A DNA stretch of 63,333 bases, the filler included, from Octopus bimaculoides (taxonomy: Eukaryota), in the NCBI RefSeq assembly GCF_001194135.2. It is 8 parts of 8 records of this genome, joined end to end, with 100 filler letters (N's around TTAATTAATTAA, not from the genome) between each part and the next. Parts side by side here need not be neighbours in the genome. Positions count along the whole stretch, not along the records: positions 62,077 to 63,333 come from NW_026376001.1; 7 more parts are not named here. One strand, written 5' to 3'. A program made the position numbers and the translations under genes. Positions within the stretch are counted from its first letter, which is position 1; every line of letters begins with the position of its first letter. This document shows positions 63,006 through 63,333 of this stretch, in pieces. Under the pieces are notes generated by a model. That model was not told the origin of the DNA and searched no databases. It saw nothing but the letters and a program-made list of their open reading frames with translations.

Positions 63006-63333
63006 GAATTTATTGAGAGGCGGGTAAAAGTTGCGAAAATGGCAAAAGTGGAATGGTACCGCTCTAAGTGTACATAGGTTAGTTGGAGAAAAGGAATTGG
63101 AGAGGGTACTTGCCCTTGTTGTTCACCATGTAGGCAATTTAAATGCTGAAAGAAACGACATACTCGTCGTCGAAACTGACTGATTCCAGTAAGTGTGTGC
63201 GCGCGCGAGCGTCTGTGTGCGCGCGCGCGTCTGTGTGAGCGTGTATGTATGAATGTGTATGTGTGTATGCTTACCTGTATGTGTGTGTGTGTACACTGGA
63301 TAATCTGTAGTATGTATGTATGTATGTATGTAT

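Noticed and set aside
63143-63188. Possible first coding exon MLKETTYSSSKLTDS ending at A|gtaagt
   Set aside because: The only support is one strong donor at the window edge, and there is no downstream exon to test.

Overview
AT-rich, microsatellite-dense, gapped eukaryotic scaffold. The SINE repertoire and repeat style point to a cephalopod, probably an Octopus draft assembly (inference, no database search). Most long ORFs in the supplied track are artefacts of N-runs or (CA)/(TA)/trinucleotide repeats. Three genes are partly supported: (1) the terminal exon (487-962, +) of a single-pass membrane protein with two PPxY motifs; (2) a chain of phase-compatible minus-strand exons (about 51.3 kb to 28.57 kb, stop plus AATAAA) encoding a protein I cannot identify; (3) two C-terminal exons (59318-59983, +) of an MFSD5/MOT2-type molybdate-anion transporter whose 5' exons I could not find. 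The rest is a layered transposon record: tRNA-derived SINEs, R4/Dong, RTE, Tx1-like and APE-type LINE fossils, a Penelope-like RT, a near full-length Buster/Charlie hAT fossil, piggyBac-, pogo- and Tc3-like pieces, and a complete 279-bp mini-Helitron. The best leads are a pre-miRNA-like hairpin (55160-55215), type I hammerhead-ribozyme-like motifs (best at 31221-31290), a 91-bp higher-order tandem repeat carrying octamer and D-box motifs, a recurrent SINE-dimer junction, and an in-frame UAG between tandem splice acceptors that A-to-I editing could recode. There is no CRISPR array, rRNA or true tRNA gene. Boundaries of decayed elements are approximate (tens of bp).
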